Source of the DNA: Veleropilina oligotropha
Lineage: Eukaryota
Reading direction: 5' to 3'
Assembly: GCA_048128005.1 (NCBI GenBank)
Contig: JBEUKZ010000071.1
Coordinates: 186,001 to 250,000, forward strand
Length of the DNA stretch: 64,000 nucleotides
This document shows positions 51,979 to 64,000 of this stretch, piece by piece (within the stretch, counting starts at the first letter, position 1; each line of letters opens with the position of its first letter). The notes beneath the pieces are model-generated. The model did no database searches and was not told the DNA's origin. It was given only the letters and a program-made list of their open reading frames with translations. Made by a program: the position numbers and the translations under genes.

Positions 51979-52140
51979 GTTTGACTGGTAACGGGTAATA
52001 GTATTATACCAAACCGAGGTTGACTGGTAACTGGTAATAGTATTATATCAAACCGAGGTTGACTGGTAACTGGTAATAGTATTATATCAAACCGAGGTTG
52101 ACTGGTAACTGGTAATAGTATTATACCAAACCGAGGTTGA
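51979..52140. repeat. 39-bp tandem repeat (~4 copies)
   Basis: Unit GTTGACTGGTAACTGGTAATAGTATTATATCAAACCGAG. Confidence 0.9.
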
Positions 52141-52547
52141 ACCCACTCCTGTTAGGCTGGCCAGTGAATTCAGACTCGGCACTCGAAGCCACGCGGCTAC
52201 AGGAGCGGCCTCATTTAACTACTGCACTGCCCAGCTTTTAAGTTATAATAGCAAAAAGACGGATATATCTGTTATAATAGCAACAAGACGGATATATCTG
52301 TCTTTGGCAGTGAAAGAGTTAAAAGGAAGCTGGAACACAGAGTGATCAACATTATGAGTAAGTTGTGAATGCAAATTGTATTAGGAACGACCAAACAAGT
52401 TTGTAAACAACATGATTGTCATATGCAAATGGGATGTAGCGACAGACAGAAACCACTTTTTATGGTAGAAAATCGTTGCATGATGATAATGACATTGTAA
52501 ATGTATAGCTTACACCAGATTTAAAATATGGTTTTGGTACTTTTCAG

Positions 52548-52603
52548 TTGTTATATTCGGCCTTCGCATTCGGCTGTCCATGATGACATTGATCACAAGT
52601 ATG
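52548..52603 (+). CDS. FBXO15: Host FBXO15-like exon (56 bp, phase 2/1)
   Basis: TTTTCAG acceptor, G|GTAAGT donor; CYIRPSHSAVHDDIDHKY. Confidence 0.7.
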
Positions 52604-52834
52604 GTAAGTGACCACAAGTATGATAAGTGACCACAAGTATGGTAAGTGCAGTGGCCATATAGCGATTAATTTTCATTTCCATGATGACATTGACCACAGG
52701 TCAGGTAAGTGTACTGGCCGTATAGCGATTAATTTTCATTTGCGAAAGTTTATGTAGTATTTGACAATAGACTGTGTCATGCTCAACGTTTACTTACCGA
52801 ACTACATGTATGCAAGACCTTTGGACCGGAGTTC

Positions 52835-54126
52835 TTTTTATGCCCCTGCAAACGATGTTCACTTAGAATATTATTTCATTTCTGGGTGATAACTTGAGAA
52901 TGCCTTCATAGATTTAAAGTAGATTTTGTATTCAAGTGTATGATCACAATATCTATGTGAAGTTCGATTTCGATAAAATTCCGATGTCGCTTCACGGAGT
53001 TATGGCCTTGACTCTCTTGGAATATTTTTGGCCTGCCTGTCATGGACTGGCGTCCGTCGTGTTGGCGTCGGCTGATCGCTTTCTGTCACATATTTGGTAT
53101 ACACCTTATATACCATATCAGGCCTTGCCTAAGTTCAAGGATGGTGTCACTGTGTCAAAGGTCAAGGTCGTTTTCATGTATTTCCAATATGGACTTAAAG
53201 ATAGCTTTCTGTCAAATAGAAGGCGAACCGCTGAACCTATGCTTTTCATATTTGTTATACACCTTGTATACCATTAGGCCTTGCCTAAGTTAAAAGATGG
53301 GGTCACTGGGTCAAAGGTCAAGGTCGTTTTCGTGTATTTTCAATCTGGACTGGGAAGATTGCTTTCTGTCAAATAGAAGACGAAATTCTGGACCTACGCT
53401 TTTCATATTTGGTATACAGCTTGTATAACATCAGGCCTTGTGTAAAGTTCAAAGATGGGGTAACTGGGTCAAAGGTCATGGTCATTTTCGTGTATTTCCA
53501 TTCTTGACTTGGAAGATTTCATTTTGTCACATAGAAGTCAAAGTCGTTTTTGTGTATTTCCAATCTGGACTTGCAAGATTGGTTTCTGTCAAATAGAAGA
53601 CGAACTGCTGGACCTACGCTTTTCATATTTGGTATACACTTTGCACAACATCAGGCCTTGCCTAAGTTCAATGATGGGGTCACTGGGTCAAAGGTCAAGG
53701 TCATTTTCGTGTATTTCCGTTCTTGACTTTGAAGATTTCTTTCCGTCACATATAGAAGATGAACCGCTAGACCTACACCATTCATATTTGGTAAACATCT
53801 TGTGTACCATCAGGCCTTGCCCAAGTTCAAAGTTGGGGTCACTGGGTCAAAGGTCAAGGTCAATTTCGTTTATTTCCATTCTGGACTTGCAAGATTCCTT
53901 TCTGTCACATATAGAAGACGAACCGCAAGACCTACACTTTTCATATTTGGTATGCACCTTGTGTATACGTACCATCAGGGTCAAAGGTCAAGGTCATGTG
54001 AACTATTGTAAAATATCTACTTTGTGACAGTTACTAGGAAATATATTATAGCGTTATTGATTGTTTAATCTCGATGGATGTGTTATATACAAAAGGCGGG
54101 CCAGTATGAGGAGCATACCTCTAGTT
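52835..54126 (+). mobile_element. HINE-like element with internal ~160-bp tandem units
   Basis: Starts TTTTTTATGCCCC, repeated GGTCAAAGGTCAAGGTC units, ends GAGCATA..CTAGTT. Confidence 0.55.
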
Positions 54127-54271
54127 TCATTTCCGGATGATATTTAAATTATATTTGTTATGTAAGTGTGTGATCAGAATATCCAGGTGAAGTTCGCAGT
54201 AAAATTCTGATGCCACTAAAGAGAATAATTGTGGCCGTTGATTCATTTAAGAATTTTTCATTTCCGGTTAA

Positions 54272-54590
54272 TAGTTTCAGCTCAGTGGGTTGTTCATAGG
54301 ACTCTGGTCACAGAGTCTCGCGTTCGACCCCAAAGCTCGGCGATTTCACTTGGGCAAGGAAATAAGCATATATTTGCCTCGGTCCACCCAGCCGATCTGA
54401 ATGGGTACCTGGTTGGCAGTTATGTAAGTCATGGCGCTACCCGCATGTAAATGACTGTAATGCTCCCAGAGGGAGTTGAGATGGCATATCGAGCTGAACA
54501 TGCCCATAACCAGGGGTAATAATAATGTTCAGCGCATTGAGACATGCGTAAGAATGCGCTATATAAGACTGTTACATTATCATTATTATT
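54272..54590 (+). mobile_element. tRNA-headed SINE (Nin/Deu-like core)
   Basis: AGCTCAGTGG and GTTCGACCC boxes; body matches 22005-22268. Confidence 0.7.
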
Positions 54591-54679
54591 CGTGTCATCT
54601 GACATGCCTATTTATTTATGCTGGGGATTGTCAACTGTTATCAAGTATTCCTTTGAGATATTAAGTATTCAGTTTTTTG

Positions 54680-54808
54680 ACTTTGGAATAGATGTAAACA
54701 GGGCTGACAAGGTGTTTGTTCGGTTAACTCTTGCAGTTTTTAGGCTGTATTCAGTCTTTTTCTCTAGTGTACTAAGGATGTCTGCGATGTATCTGGCGGA
54801 ATTGTATG
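54680..54808 (-). pseudogene. Degenerate Penelope-like RT fragment; its other half is at 63289-63368
   Basis: Rejoined halves read PKFY..LKI / LRHILS..SNTYNSARYIADIL...SALFTSIP. Confidence 0.6.
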
Positions 54809-55761
54809 TATGTAGTTACAAACATACTTACGTCCTTACTCTTGCCATAATAGTCATATTATCGCCAACCGGAAACAGTGAATAAAGTCACATTATGCAC
54901 TCCTTTTAAGTCAAAACACTACGATCACCTCCCCTGCTCCACCTCTCCTAAGTTCCCCCAGCGAGATCTCGCCAAGTCTCGCGAGACATCCGAGCCATCG
55001 AAGTCACAAGACCTCAATTCAAAGTTTTCCGCCGAGACGGAAAGACGTGTTTTTTGCTCCGCAAATATTTCGAATGTCCGCTGATTTATACGTTAAATCA
55101 AGGACGCTATAAACTTTATATTAAGATAATATAAGTTGTGGAATATACCCTGTGTTGTGGATAACAAACACAAGTGAATATAAGATCTGTTATAACAACT
55201 TCAAGAAAAAGTTGTGAACATCAAGTGAAACCGACATCGCCGCTGTTGCAGGGAAAAGCATGGCCGCCTAGAGGGGAAGTTTCGTGTAGTAGAAGAAATT
55301 TCTGGTCGGTATTTTTATCTGATATTGTTTGAGACTGCAAACAGGTAACTCATTATATTGGATAATTCCTTAACGACGCTTATTGCTGGTAATTTTGTAT
55401 AAAAATTCTAGCGTCGTTAATAGGCAGGATTGTTTAGATATCACTTTTAGTTATTCTGATATCCTGTCGTTGCTGGGATAATACGCCATTGTACTAACTT
55501 AAAAACATCCACGAGGTTTTCAGGTGTTTTCCTGGGCGGTTTTTTCTAAGAAAGAACCCCCGTTTGTTTAGTCAATCAGCCGGGTTTATTAACCGGCCTC
55601 GGTGTCCCCAGTTCGGGGTTATTTTGCGGTATATCGCTTGATCTTTGATCTTCAGATCAGGGCAATTTAAAGAGTTGTAGTAGTAAAAAGAGTCACAACT
55701 ACCAAATATATACCTATTTATCTACCCCGTCCACCCACTACCACCCTCCCGTGTATCAGCT

Positions 55762-58011
55762 ATGGTCCGGTGCAGTAACTCCGGGTGTCACCAGAAGATC
55801 CACGGGTTTGATAAGCACACGGAATGCCGCGTTCATCGTAATTGTACTCGTAAGTATCAATGTGAACTGTGCTTAGGTTTTTCAGAGAAGCAGTGGGCGA
55901 TTCTTTTCCCTCCGGTGAAGCCGACCAGGGCGGCTGCCACGGTGGGTCCTCCCCCGGAGAAGGGTCAGGAAGAGACGAGTAAGTTAAGGGATAACGTTTC
56001 TTCTTTGTCTGCTTCAGGGACGCTGGACGACAGCCGACGTAAGGTGCCGTCTGTCGCCGGATCTACCGGCGAAACCTCCGCGACTCATGGGGGAGTCGCC
56101 GAAACCTTGCCGGGAACCCAGATTCAGGTAACAGCCCGAGTGCAGACCGTTACTCCTCCAATGGGCCTAGTAGCTGCAGCCAACCATACCTTGCCGGCTA
56201 GCAAGGTATATCTGGCAGCGCAGCGAACAGCTGAGCAGGGCAGACGATCCCCCTCCTATTCTTCGGCCTCGAAGAATCCGGGGAAAGTTAGTCCTTCTGC
56301 GGGAAACTCTCCGTTTAACGACGGGGAGCGACCCAATGAGAAAGCCTTTAAAGAGGCCGGACACCATTTCGATGGTCTAAGATCCGGACAATTGGCGACA
56401 CCTGAATCCTCGGTCGAGACCGACGCGACTACCCCGAGGGGTTTTCCGCTCAACCTCGATGCTCACGAGTCTTTCAGAGGGCCCGGTCTCTCCCGTGCAC
56501 CCACGATGGTCACGCTAGAGAACGAGGACAGACCGGCTGCGTTCGGTGAGGGGTTCTACGGCGGTTTTCCGACCGTGCCTCTCGCGAACAGAGCGGTAGA
56601 CCGATACGGACTGTTGCCGCAGTCCTACCGGTCGTCCGGCCCACTGACTGCGCCTTCGGGCCAGTCGTTCGGGTTCGACCGCTCGACACGTGACCCGAGA
56701 CCCTGGTTCTCGGGACCACCTGTCCGTGCAGCCCGTCTACCTAGCGCCACGGTATCCTCGACAGAACTACCGGCTGTTAGTTCGACGCCCGTCCTGCCTC
56801 AGGGTTTCTCTTTGGAGAACGTCCAGGCATGGATCGCGGCGGGGTTCGAGGAACAATGTAAGGCCTGGCCGACGGCTCCCCAGCCGCGCCTGGTACCTAC
56901 ATATCTGCCCCTGGCGCAGAGCACGGCTCCTGCCTCCGTGATGGAGATCGACCCTCGTTCCGACGAGGACCTCGGTTCAAATCACTCCGACCTCCCTGAA
57001 TCGGTCGGGCCCGAAGACGCAAGTCTTTCAGGCACGCAGGAGCCGACCTCCTCCACCAGCCGAAGGCTCGACGCCGTTGCGTCACTTCGCGGGGTGCTTG
57101 GCCTGCCGGAACCGACTCGGTCGGCCGTAGGTTCAGCCAAGCACAGGATGGCAGCACATCGGTTTGTTGAGAGGGAAGCCCCCGTGCTTCCCTCCTTACC
57201 TCAGTCTGGGCTGGTCGATCTGGTGGTCGACTCGACGACCAAGCTCATACAGGGGCGCAATCCGGTGGAGTCCTCCCCGCTGACCGAGTTCCCTTCGGGG
57301 TTCCGTAGTGGGAGGTACCTCCGGGCCAGTACGCGAGCGATCCCGTTCACTTGTACTGGTCCGTGCCTGGCGACTGAGCCGGCTCATGTCGATGCAGCAT
57401 TGCGTCGACTGACCGCCAGTCACACTCCCTCCGTGGCGAAAGTTCCTTGGTCCGCCTTGGAAGCTTTCGAGAGCGCCGCCCGACGGGCTCTGCGGTTGTC
57501 GTCCGTTCAGGATTTTTTCCTGGACGGGGCGATAGCCGTACTACAGGAGGAAGGACCCGGCGCCCGCGAGGCTGCCCTGTCCTTCCTTCAGGAGGTTGCT
57601 GCCGCACAGGAGACCAGCGCGTTGGAGACGGGACGTGTCCTGGGCAATGCACTCCTACTTCGTAGGGATGCTTGCCTGGAAGGCACCTCGCTAGACGAGG
57701 CCACCCGGCGCTCGTTGCGATGCGTGCCTTGCTCGGCCACCACTCTTTTTGGCGACAACTTTACGGAGTTCGTCGACAAGAGAGCGGCGGACATGAAGGA
57801 CCGTGCCATCGAGAAGGCGGTACTACACCCTACCCGGGATCCACCTGCCGACTCGAGGAAGCGCTCAGGGCCCACCCGGACCCCGAAGCCTTCCAAGCGT
57901 GCGAAGCCCTCTTCGGGTGGTAGGCCTCCGGCCAATAAACCCACTCCGACGAGGCGAGCACCTCCAGCGAAACCCCGTAAGCATAGCGGGAGAGGGAAGC
58001 CTCGGCCCTAG
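55762..58011 (+). CDS. gag: DIRS ORF1 (gag-like), 749 aa
   Basis: Homologous to 9135-11384. Confidence 0.85.
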   Translation: MVRCSNSGCHQKIHGFDKHTECRVHRNCTRKYQCELCLGFSEKQWAILFPPVKPTRAAATVGPPPEKGQEETSKLRDNVSSLSASGTLDDSRRKVPSVAGSTGETSATHGGVAETLPGTQIQVTARVQTVTPPMGLVAAANHTLPASKVYLAAQRTAEQGRRSPSYSSASKNPGKVSPSAGNSPFNDGERPNEKAFKEAGHHFDGLRSGQLATPESSVETDATTPRGFPLNLDAHESFRGPGLSRAPTMVTLENEDRPAAFGEGFYGGFPTVPLANRAVDRYGLLPQSYRSSGPLTAPSGQSFGFDRSTRDPRPWFSGPPVRAARLPSATVSSTELPAVSSTPVLPQGFSLENVQAWIAAGFEEQCKAWPTAPQPRLVPTYLPLAQSTAPASVMEIDPRSDEDLGSNHSDLPESVGPEDASLSGTQEPTSSTSRRLDAVASLRGVLGLPEPTRSAVGSAKHRMAAHRFVEREAPVLPSLPQSGLVDLVVDSTTKLIQGRNPVESSPLTEFPSGFRSGRYLRASTRAIPFTCTGPCLATEPAHVDAALRRLTASHTPSVAKVPWSALEAFESAARRALRLSSVQDFFLDGAIAVLQEEGPGAREAALSFLQEVAAAQETSALETGRVLGNALLLRRDACLEGTSLDEATRRSLRCVPCSATTLFGDNFTEFVDKRAADMKDRAIEKAVLHPTRDPPADSRKRSGPTRTPKPSKRAKPSSGGRPPANKPTPTRRAPPAKPRKHSGRGKPRP

Positions 58012-58054
58012 GGCTGCCGGCATTTGCGACGGTCCCAGCTGCCCGCTTCCGCCG

Positions 58055-60085
58055 GTGGGAGCGTGTCTGTTAGCGTACAGCCAGTCGTGGTTAGACCTAA
58101 CAGACAGCAGCTGGGTCCACTTAGTCGTGAGTGCCGGATACAAGTTGGCATTCAACCGGCATCCGACCCTAACCGAGGCACCACCACCAAGACACGCTCG
58201 CCTCCTAAACGGAGAGAAACAAGCGGTCTTAGACCAGGCAGTGCGGGATTTGCTCCTAAAAAGAGCGATATATCCCGCGCCGCCCAGCACACCAGGATTT
58301 TACAGCCATTTCTTCCTGGTCCCGAAACCCGATGGCCGCTGGCGACCGATCCTCGATCTCTCGCATCTCAACCGATATCTTCGCACCGAGAAATTCCAGC
58401 AAGAAACCCTCTCGAAGATACGAGCGGCCATCCGTCCGGGAGACTGGGCAGCATCTATCGATCTGACCGACGCGTATCTGCATGTCCTGATGCATATCAC
58501 GGCTCATCAGTACCTTCGGTTTTTACACGGGGAGACGATCTACCAATTCAGGTGCCTACCGTTCGGTCTATCGTCAGCCCCTTACGTCTTCACGAGAACA
58601 GTACAGGCCCTCGGAGCCTTCCTACACTCTCTAGGGCACAGGGTACATATGTACCTCGACGACTGGCTGATCCTCGGGGCGTCCCGGGATCTGTGCCTCC
58701 GGTCTACGAGCTTTACCCTGTCATCGACGAAGCGCCTGGGATTTCAGATCAACGTGACAAAATCCTGCTTCGTGCCCTCGACGACGTTTACGTTCCTCGG
58801 AGTCGACTTCGATACGGTCCGGTACACCGCGAAACCGACCCAGAAACGTATGCGGAACCTACGCGCGGTTATCCAAGACACCCTGTCATCGGACATAACT
58901 ACAGCGCGACAACTGGCCACTGTCCTGGGGCACATCGAGTCGGTAGCGACCCTGCTACCGACGGGTCGCATGGACAAACGACCGTTACAACAGGCGTTCA
59001 GGGATCGCTGGATACAACGGACGGGGCAGTGGACGGATCGCATCGATCTTCGGCATTGGTTTACCAACACGACAGCAGTGTGGTTGAACCCTGCTTTGCC
59101 GGACCAGTCGGTTCCTATATCCCCGCCAGAGCCGAACGCTTACCTGTTCACAGATGCTTCGAACGACGGCTGGGGAGGTCACCTCGACAGTTACGAGACA
59201 TCGGGCCTATGGCCGACGGACCTTCAGGGACGACACATCAACTTCCTAGAGTTAGAAGCCGTCTACCTGTCAGTACGGTCCCTCTCGTCACATCTCCGCA
59301 ACAAGCACATAATGCTCGCCACGGACAACACGACTGTCGTCGCTTACATCCAGCACCAGGGCGGCACTTGCTCGCGTCCCCTTTGCGACCGAGCAATAGA
59401 CCTACACCGCCTAGTGATGTCCCTCAACTCGACGATTCGAGCCCGACACATCCCGGGAAAGCTGAATGTCAGAGCGGACTCGCTTTATCGGAAATCACAG
59501 ATAATACACACAGAGTGGACGCTACACAGCCGAGTAGCTCGGGACGTTTGTCGCCGGTGGTCATAACCCCTAGTCGATCTGTTTGCAACAGAATTCAATC
59601 ACCGACTACCTCTGTATGTCTCCCCGTACCCGGACCCGGCCGCCCTAGCGGTCGACGCACTGTCAATGACATGGGAGAATCTGTCCGCGTATGCCTTCCC
59701 CCCGTCGTGCATTCTGACACTGGTATTACAGAAGGCATCGAACGAACGTTGCGAGATAACGCTAATCGCGCCCCTGTATCGCACGCAACCTTGGTTTCCG
59801 ACCCTCCTCGATCTGATCGTCGATCGACCGTTAGCGCTCCCGCAGAAACCGGACCTGTTAATGCAGCCGCGCACCCGTGTACTACATCCATCGCCGAACG
59901 ACTTACGTTTACACGCCTGGCGGTTATCGAACGATCCCTTGCTAAGAAAGGATTTTCTCACGCAACAGCCCTACGCATCTACCGATCGAGAAGGCTTTCC
60001 ACGACAAAAGTTTATGACTACCGATGGGTCAAGTACGTGGATTGGTGTCACAGCCGGCAGGTCAATATTCTCCGCCCCCCTGTGA
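58055..60085 (+). pseudogene. pol: DIRS RT-RNase H-MTase ORF with a nonsense codon
   Basis: YLDD present; TAA at 59564-59566 where the first DIRS has CAA. Confidence 0.88.
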
Positions 60086-60327
60086 ACAAGTTTATCGAGT
60101 TTTTATCGTCTCTCTTTGAACGCGGTATGTCAGTGTCCGCCGTCAAAGGCTATCGGGCAACGATCGCGACCACGTTAAAACAGTGTCGTGCCCATGTTGG
60201 CCTATCTAGCGACCGAACGATTTCGGATTTTATACGATCCTACGAGCTCGAGATGCCGACCCGAACCATACGGCCACCTGCCTGGAATATCGTTCTCATT
60301 CTTAACGCTCTACACTTACCCCCGTAC

Positions 60328-61413
60328 ACGACCTACCCACATATATGGATATGCAGACGACCATGCACTCAGGAATGCCTTCGACACTCGGTTGGCTGAA
60401 TCTGAACTCCACTCCATGAAACAACAGGAACAACTTGCCGTCGACATTAAAGTCTGGATGGACAGCAATCGTCTCAAAATGAACGCGGCAAAAACGGAGT
60501 TCATCTACTTCGGCTCCAGACAGCAGCTTCAGAAGTGTACTTTAGATGCAATCAACATCAATGGCGAGGTGATCAGTCGGTCGCAGAAAATAAAGTACCT
60601 CGGAGTTCTACTGGATGAAAACCTTACACTCTCAGATCATATCAGTGCTAAATGCAATAAAGCAATGTACGGTTTACAGCGAGTAAGACATGTCAGGCAC
60701 CTGCTAACTCAAAATGCATGTGAGACACTTGTGCTAGGAATAGTCATATCCTATATTGACTATGTTAACGCCATCTACATCGGGCTACCGGAAACCCAAA
60801 TAAGAAAACTGCAACGAGTTCAGAACTATGCAGCAAAACTAGTACTCAAGGCTGACAAGTACTCAAGTGCAACGGCAGCACTGAAAACACTCCACTGGCT
60901 TCCAGTAAAACTGCGCATAAAACACAAAGTTCTAAGTCTCATATGGAAGTGTCTCAAAGGGCAGTCTCCTGAATATCTGAGAAACAGTCTCGTCATAGAA
61001 GATCATCAGAGAGAAAACATGAGGTCCAACTACCAGTATCTCAAACTCAAAGTTCCCTTTGTGCGACGACAGACATTCGCCAATCGAGCTTTCAATGTCA
61101 CCGGACCTACATGGTGGAATGAACTGCCCAACACAATCAAACAATGCACACGTGTAGAACAATTCAAAAAAGCACTCAAGACTCACCTATTCTCAAAATT
61201 TTAATACATAATCTTATATTTATCACTTGTTTCCTCCTGCAATCAGATGCAACTGACATTATTTTATTTATTTATTCAAACTATTTTAGTTTTCACACTT
61301 TAGTGTATAGATTTCCATGTTTTTGTCTCATTGCACTTGTACAGCGCCATTGAAGATGACTTTTATCAAAATTAGCGCTTTATCAAATAAATAGTTTATG
61401 TTTTTTTATGTTT
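60328..61413 (+). mobile_element. 5'-truncated LINE (CR1/L2-group-like) with a 12-bp TSD
   Basis: YADD, KYLGV and LHWLPV in an ORF ending at 61204; TTACCCCCGTAC at 60316-60327 and 61414-61425. Confidence 0.92.
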
Positions 61414-63754
61414 TTACCCCCGTACGAGCCGATGTCCACGGTGTCTATGAGGAACTTAACGCACAAAACGGTTTTTCTGATCGCCTTAGCGTCGGGCAGG
61501 CGTTGTTCCGAGATTCATAGTTTATCCGCCGAGCTACGAGATATTCGATTCCAGTCAGACGGGTCGGTGATGCTGCGTCCTATTCTGGGCTTTCTCGCCA
61601 AGAATCAACGGCCGAACGAGGACGCACCTGATATTATTATCCCCAAGCTTACACTGGTCGGAAGGCACGATGTAGACCGGTTAAACTGCCCCGTGCGGGC
61701 CCTACGCTTCTACCTCGACAGGACCCGTGATATGCGGCAGGGAAAATTACGTTTATTCATTTCGTATTTACCAACTTATACCCGCGACATTACGAAGACA
61801 ACTGTTTCGCGGTGGATTTCACAGGTAGTGAGAGATGTATACCTCCGCTGTGAAGAAGTAGACCGCACTATTTTATCGGTCCGCGTGCACGAGGTCCGTG
61901 CAATTGCTGCGTCTATTGCCTTCCGACACAGTTTAAATATCACAGCGTTGCTTCAAGCAGGTTACTGGAAGAATGCTAATGTCTTTGTCAAGTATTATCT
62001 GCGGGATTATTCAACTGGTGCTGATGGGTTGAGCAGCTTACAGTGTGTTGCTGCTCAACGATGTATTGTTAGACCGAGGTCGTCTAATCAGTGAGTATTG
62101 TTCCTTGATTTATCAATTTACATAATCTGTGCTGATGCAATGCTATTGTTATGCCTAGCTATTCTATGAAATAGACATTATGAGGCGATTCAATGTATGT
62201 TCATTTCTTAAAAACATTTTAAGATTTTGATACTTTCATGTCATACCTGAGTATTTTGACAAGCCAGTTCACATTGAATTTAATAAACAATTATTTTGCA
62301 AAAACGTCTTATAGAATTTTGAGGTTCAATATTATTGATGTTCTAGGCTGTTACAAAGAACATACGATGTTCAAGACATTGAAAAAATTTTAATATTTGC
62401 TTCCTTAAAATTTATTTTAAGTAACATGTTATACTCATGTTAGCTATTCGCAAGTTGGTCATGCGAATCACTTATTAATATCGATTATTATAAATAATCT
62501 ATTAATTCTTTGCTTAAGATTTGATATATTCACAGCCTAACTAAGGTTCCGTGTGCTTACAAATCCGACTGCTTCCTATGGCTACCTGCCTATGGGCCGG
62601 AGTACCATTTGGCTGCCACTGGTCCATGACACGTAAGACCTACAAGGATTCATCCTTCCGGCCGTGCCTGGGGCTGAGTGCACTTCCGCTTCACCTCGTC
62701 CGACTAACACCACGGCGTATTCTCCCGGTAACACTGGTCGAAATTCTCGCTTGGTAAGGGTAGAATAATACTCAGTAAATTCCACTCTGGGCGGATGCAA
62801 TCGACGCTTCATGCTGATTGAAATGGTGAAAAGTAAGTCATTATCTTGTTTGGGTTTGCTGTAAGGAACTTCTTACCCACCTATCCAAGGTTATTCTGGC
62901 AAGAGTAAGGACGTAAGTATGTTTGTAACTACATATGAGGTTTTTAATTAAACCTAATATTAGTTAAAACATACTTACGTCCTTACTACGATTACCCACC
63001 CTGCGTTTCGCATTCCTCCCCTCTTACTAAGTTCCTTTGGGGTTCTGAACTTTGAATTGAGGTCTTGTGACTTCGATGGCTCGGATGTCTCGCGAGACTT
63101 GGCGAGATCTCGCTGGGGGAACTTAGGAGAGGTGGAGCAGGGGAGGTGATCGTAGTGTTTTGACTTAAAAGGAGTGCATAATGTGACTTTATTCACTGTT
63201 TCCGGTTGGCGATAATATGACTATTATGGCAAGAGTAAGGACGTAAGTATGTTTTAACTAATATTAGGTTTAATTAAAAACCTCATATTGCTTCTACTGA
63301 TGGACAATATGTGTCTGAGGGGGCATGAGATTTTTGTTGGATCTTCAGTGTGTCATAAAACTTGGGTGATCTGTCAACGGACGGGTACAGACAACTGCTT
63401 CGGCGGGTGAGTAGATTGCATGCCAGACACTCAAACGAGACAGCCAAGAGGCCCTGGTTCTAACTGCATCAGCAGGTGAGTGGTTAGCGCATCAGACCTG
63501 ACCGAGGTAGTCAGGAAGGCAAGGCCAGCCGGCGGCTTATTCTACCGCTTAAAATAATAGATGGCATATCCCTAATGATTATCAGTGAAATCGGAGTGGG
63601 ACCTTAAACCGGGTGTCACATCTGCTTTAAGGCTGAAAAATTACCAATTTGAAAGTGATCATAAAACATAAGTTGCCAACAAACCGACAGAAGGTAAGAC
63701 AACTTTAAAATTTGCAGAAGGAATGGTAACAATGGTTATACTTATCTGCAGGAT

Positions 63755-64000
63755 GGATCATGGATCATGGATCACGGATCACGGATCACGGATCACGGAT
63801 CACGGATCATGGATCACGGATCACGGATCACGGATCATTGATCATGGATCATGGATCACGGATCACGGATCACGGATCACGGATCATGGATCATGGATCA
63901 TGGATCATTGATCATGGATCATGGATCATGGATCACGGATCATGGCTCATGGATCATGGATCATGGATCATGGATCACGGATCATGGATCATGGATCATG
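63755..64000. repeat. 7-bp tandem repeat
   Basis: GGATCAT/GGATCAC units running to the window end. Confidence 0.95.

Larger units (their letters stand above)
58024..62094 (+). pseudogene. DIRS tyrosine recombinase ORF split by a LINE insertion
   Basis: Reads ...LPPY | insertion | LPPYEPM...GRRCSEI...HEVR. Confidence 0.9.
54809..63288 (+). mobile_element. Second DIRS1-like retrotransposon, inactivated
   Basis: 207-bp ITRs 54820-55026 / 63048-63254, ICR 62897-62987, TAT shared at junctions; homologous to 8136-15598. Confidence 0.95.

Overview
Animal genomic DNA. The SINE and Helentron-like repeat types suggest a marine invertebrate such as a mollusc (inference). Four phase-compatible + strand exons (22874-23083, 46901-47036, 51315-51397, 52548-52603) spell part of an FBXO15-like host gene whose introns are packed with mobile DNA. 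The main content is a family of endogenous Polinton/Maverick-like DNA viruses. One copy looks intact (26098-42106, 16.0 kb, AGCAGCAG...CTGCTGCT ends, 5-bp TAACT target duplication inside a 38-bp minisatellite). A second copy is decaying (1114-22004), and the inverted left end of a third sibling (1-1113) is joined into it. These viruses encode major and minor capsid proteins, an A32-like ATPase and an rve integrase, but no recognisable adenain-type protease. Instead they have a 1276-aa fusion (HEH/Rho-N, putative OTU-like Cys/His domain, divergent PolB, SF1 helicase, HNH), about seven predicted membrane proteins, a protein starting with tandem ESCRT late-domain motifs (PSAP + LYPQL) and, in the intact copy, a secreted cystine-knot-like protein. 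Also present are two DIRS1-like tyrosine-recombinase retrotransposons (one inside the decaying virus; one interrupted by a LINE and itself splitting a Penelope fragment), LINE fragments, SINEs, HINE-like elements and tandem repeats, two of them built from exon ends plus splice donors. All family assignments come from motifs read by eye; no searches were run.
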